Origin: Octopus sinensis
Lineage: Eukaryota
Length of the DNA: 64,000 nt
NCBI RefSeq assembly: GCF_006345805.1
Contig: NC_043019.1
Coordinates: 27,403,360-27,467,359, forward strand
Direction: 5' to 3'
Both the position numbers and the translations under genes were made by a program. Under the pieces are notes generated by a model. That model did not search any database. It was not told the DNA's origin and saw nothing but the letters and a program-made list of their open reading frames with translations. Positions within the stretch are counted from its first letter, which is position 1. Every line of letters begins with the position of its first letter. Shown piece after piece: positions 61,997 to 64,000 of this stretch.

Positions 61997-63349
61997 ATGC
62001 CACCTGCAGAGGGCGTCACTAATCATAACACGAATATGGCTTCCGATGTCAGTAAGTCACGGTTGGATTTCACGGAAGAAGAAATAAGAAAGGAGCTCTT
62101 TCGGTATGGCATCAAAGATATCAACCGAAGTAGTTTACGTCAATTTCGAGAAGAACTTCGGAATTTGGTGAAAAAAATATCCTCAAGTTCTCTTCGTAAT
62201 GTTGGTAAATCCACCTCGATTTCGTCTTCTTTCAACAACGTAACTGACACTTGTTTGAAAATCTCTCCTCCAGAACCCTTTTCTAAAACTCCTCCAACTG
62301 CCAAGAACGTTGACGATAAGTCATGCCTGCCTCATACAGACGATCGTCGTCCTGCTAATTCCATGGAGCCGTCGATTGTTACCGTTTCTCACAATCGGCC
62401 CCAGAAAACAGCTGAATGTTCCAAACACGTTGCTTGCAGAAGAAGCTGTCAATTGTTCAACAGTGCCAATAAGGTGGATGGTCACTCGGGTATGACACCC
62501 AACCATCAATACACACACACTCAACAGCCACTGACTAATCGATCGGAAACGGAACATGAAAAGCAGGAGAATCTCCTTCAAACTTTCACCAGTAAAAACG
62601 TTCCGCAGCCAAACCAGGTAAATAGATTTGATCATCCCAAGAACAAAGAAAACGCTTGGTCTCGTCATATCGCACCTTCGTCATCTTCCTCATCTCTCTC
62701 ATCACAAGTATCGATCCCCAAACCATCACAAATCGCCTCCAACGACACCGAAAGCAATGCCATGAAAGATTATTTACTAAAGACGTTGAACAAACCTCCA
62801 CGACTAAACACTTATGTTACCAAGAGGAAGATCTCTCGCAAAGGCTCCGATGGTAAACGTTACATCGACAGAAGTGAATCTGTGTGTAGTATCAGTAGCA
62901 CTAGTTGTATATATGGCAGTTGCTGTAGCAGTATCGCTGACCCCGCTGAGTGCCAGAATCGTCTGAGAGAGATAACAAACAGAGGCGGCCAGTTCTGTCA
63001 AAGATCCCTGAGTTCTTGTGATAACCGGTTCAGGTCCTCAACTATAGTTACTCCATCACAGCCGAGGTTGAAGAAAAACAGAAAGACAGACCCCGTGAGT
63101 AGGTTCCATGAATTCCAAAGCTACTGGAAATTGCACAAGCCTCCCGGTGAAAATAATCACAACGCCCTTCGGTGGAGCATTAAAGAGAAAATTGCCAAAC
63201 ACGACGTCATAGGAAGCCGTCCACGGAAAACTTTCGTGCCCAATAATTATGTGATACCCTCACAAAACCCGAGACATTCTCTTCGATGGCAGGTGCGGAC
63301 TGATCTGGCTCACGGCGCGATGCCAACCACCAAATATAACGACTATTAA
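61997..63349 (+). CDS. HYLS1: Hydrolethalus syndrome protein 1 homolog (centriole/ciliogenesis), single coding exon
   Basis: HYLS1 box KTDPVSRFHEFQSYW...PGENNHNALRWSIKE...FVPNNYVIPSQNPRHSLRWQVRTDLA; N-terminal FTEEEIRKEL motif; 450-aa open frame; possible acceptor CCCCTGTAG about 24 nt upstream. Confidence 0.9.
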   Translation: MPPAEGVTNHNTNMASDVSKSRLDFTEEEIRKELFRYGIKDINRSSLRQFREELRNLVKKISSSSLRNVGKSTSISSSFNNVTDTCLKISPPEPFSKTPPTAKNVDDKSCLPHTDDRRPANSMEPSIVTVSHNRPQKTAECSKHVACRRSCQLFNSANKVDGHSGMTPNHQYTHTQQPLTNRSETEHEKQENLLQTFTSKNVPQPNQVNRFDHPKNKENAWSRHIAPSSSSSSLSSQVSIPKPSQIASNDTESNAMKDYLLKTLNKPPRLNTYVTKRKISRKGSDGKRYIDRSESVCSISSTSCIYGSCCSSIADPAECQNRLREITNRGGQFCQRSLSSCDNRFRSSTIVTPSQPRLKKNRKTDPVSRFHEFQSYWKLHKPPGENNHNALRWSIKEKIAKHDVIGSRPRKTFVPNNYVIPSQNPRHSLRWQVRTDLAHGAMPTTKYNDY

Positions 63350-63659
63350 GGACGTTTTTCTCTATGTGTGTGATTTTCGTTTGAATCAGTTCATTCTTCG
63401 TATACTTAGTTTTACAGATTAAGTTGATATATATATATATAAATCAAGTTGTTGTACATATGTTGATTTGTTCAAATTAAGTTGTATATATTTTGATGTG
63501 TGTCCAAACTTTGTAAATATCTCTAAATGTAAAAACAGTTTTTCACCAGAATGAATGCATTTAATAGAAACAACAAAAATTGTACAATATACAATGTATT
63601 TATATTTCTACCACGTGTATAGTTTTTCTTTCCTGTATTTTTAAGATGAGGAATTATGT

Positions 63660-64000
63660 ACGTTAATTACAATGGGAAGATAGGTGTCCTGACTGTGTTT
63701 GTTATCACAACGTTTCGTCTGATGTACTCTCCAGCCTTCATCGGGTGGAATTTCGAACCCAGCCCTTTATTTGACCAATGGGGTACACTGTTCTCATTCC
63801 TAAGATATGTTGCTTAGGAGGTTGTTGTGTCCTAGCATACGTGCAACCTCTCTTAATTTTCGTATTTTCCAGCGGTGTTCTCTGTTGATTATTTTAGCTT
63901 CATCCCACAGGGGCAGGTGGTGTCCGTTTTTCCACATCCCCTCATGTCACAGCTTTATGATGTTCCTCTACCCTTACTTTAAAAGGGCAGCTTGTTTCAC
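63660..64000 (-). mobile_element. Penelope-like element 3' end (endonuclease C-terminus and terminal repeat with minimal hammerhead)
   Basis: Minus strand MWKNGHHLPLWDEAKIINREHRWKIRKLREVARML; hammerhead-like CAC-CCGATGA-AGGCTG...CAGAC-GAAA-CGTT-GTG at 63706-63747. Confidence 0.7.

Overview
AT-rich eukaryotic genomic DNA, most likely an octopus (coleoid cephalopod), judged from the repeat content: tRNA-derived SINEs, RTE LINE tails ending in (ATG)n, and long TA/CA microsatellites. It holds three host genes. (1) First coding exon of a BMP5-8/gbb-type ligand (minus, 3095-2681, gene runs off the left edge). (2) A complete, phase-consistent PRDM10/15-family gene (minus, ATG 37834 to stop 27455, about 2022 aa, with zinc knuckle, PR/SET domain, two AT-hooks and 23 zinc fingers), plus a candidate 171-nt in-frame cassette exon. 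(3) A single-exon HYLS1 CDS (plus, 61997-63349). The most striking feature is 49.4-61.8 kb, a dense cluster of unrelated, decayed Merlin/IS1016-type transposon relics around one uninterrupted 288-aa Merlin transposase. Its own TIRs are degraded and interrupted, it has a splice acceptor before the ATG, and it lacks the conserved NHSxxFV segment, so it is a candidate domesticated transposase. Also present: Merlin MITEs with 8-bp TSDs (one at +12 of a PRDM splice donor), fold-back hairpins, degenerate minimal hammerhead ribozymes of Penelope type, and an LTR end carrying a 40-nt read-through copy of its tRNA-Trp primer. All calls were made by eye; no database search was run, and repeat boundaries are approximate.
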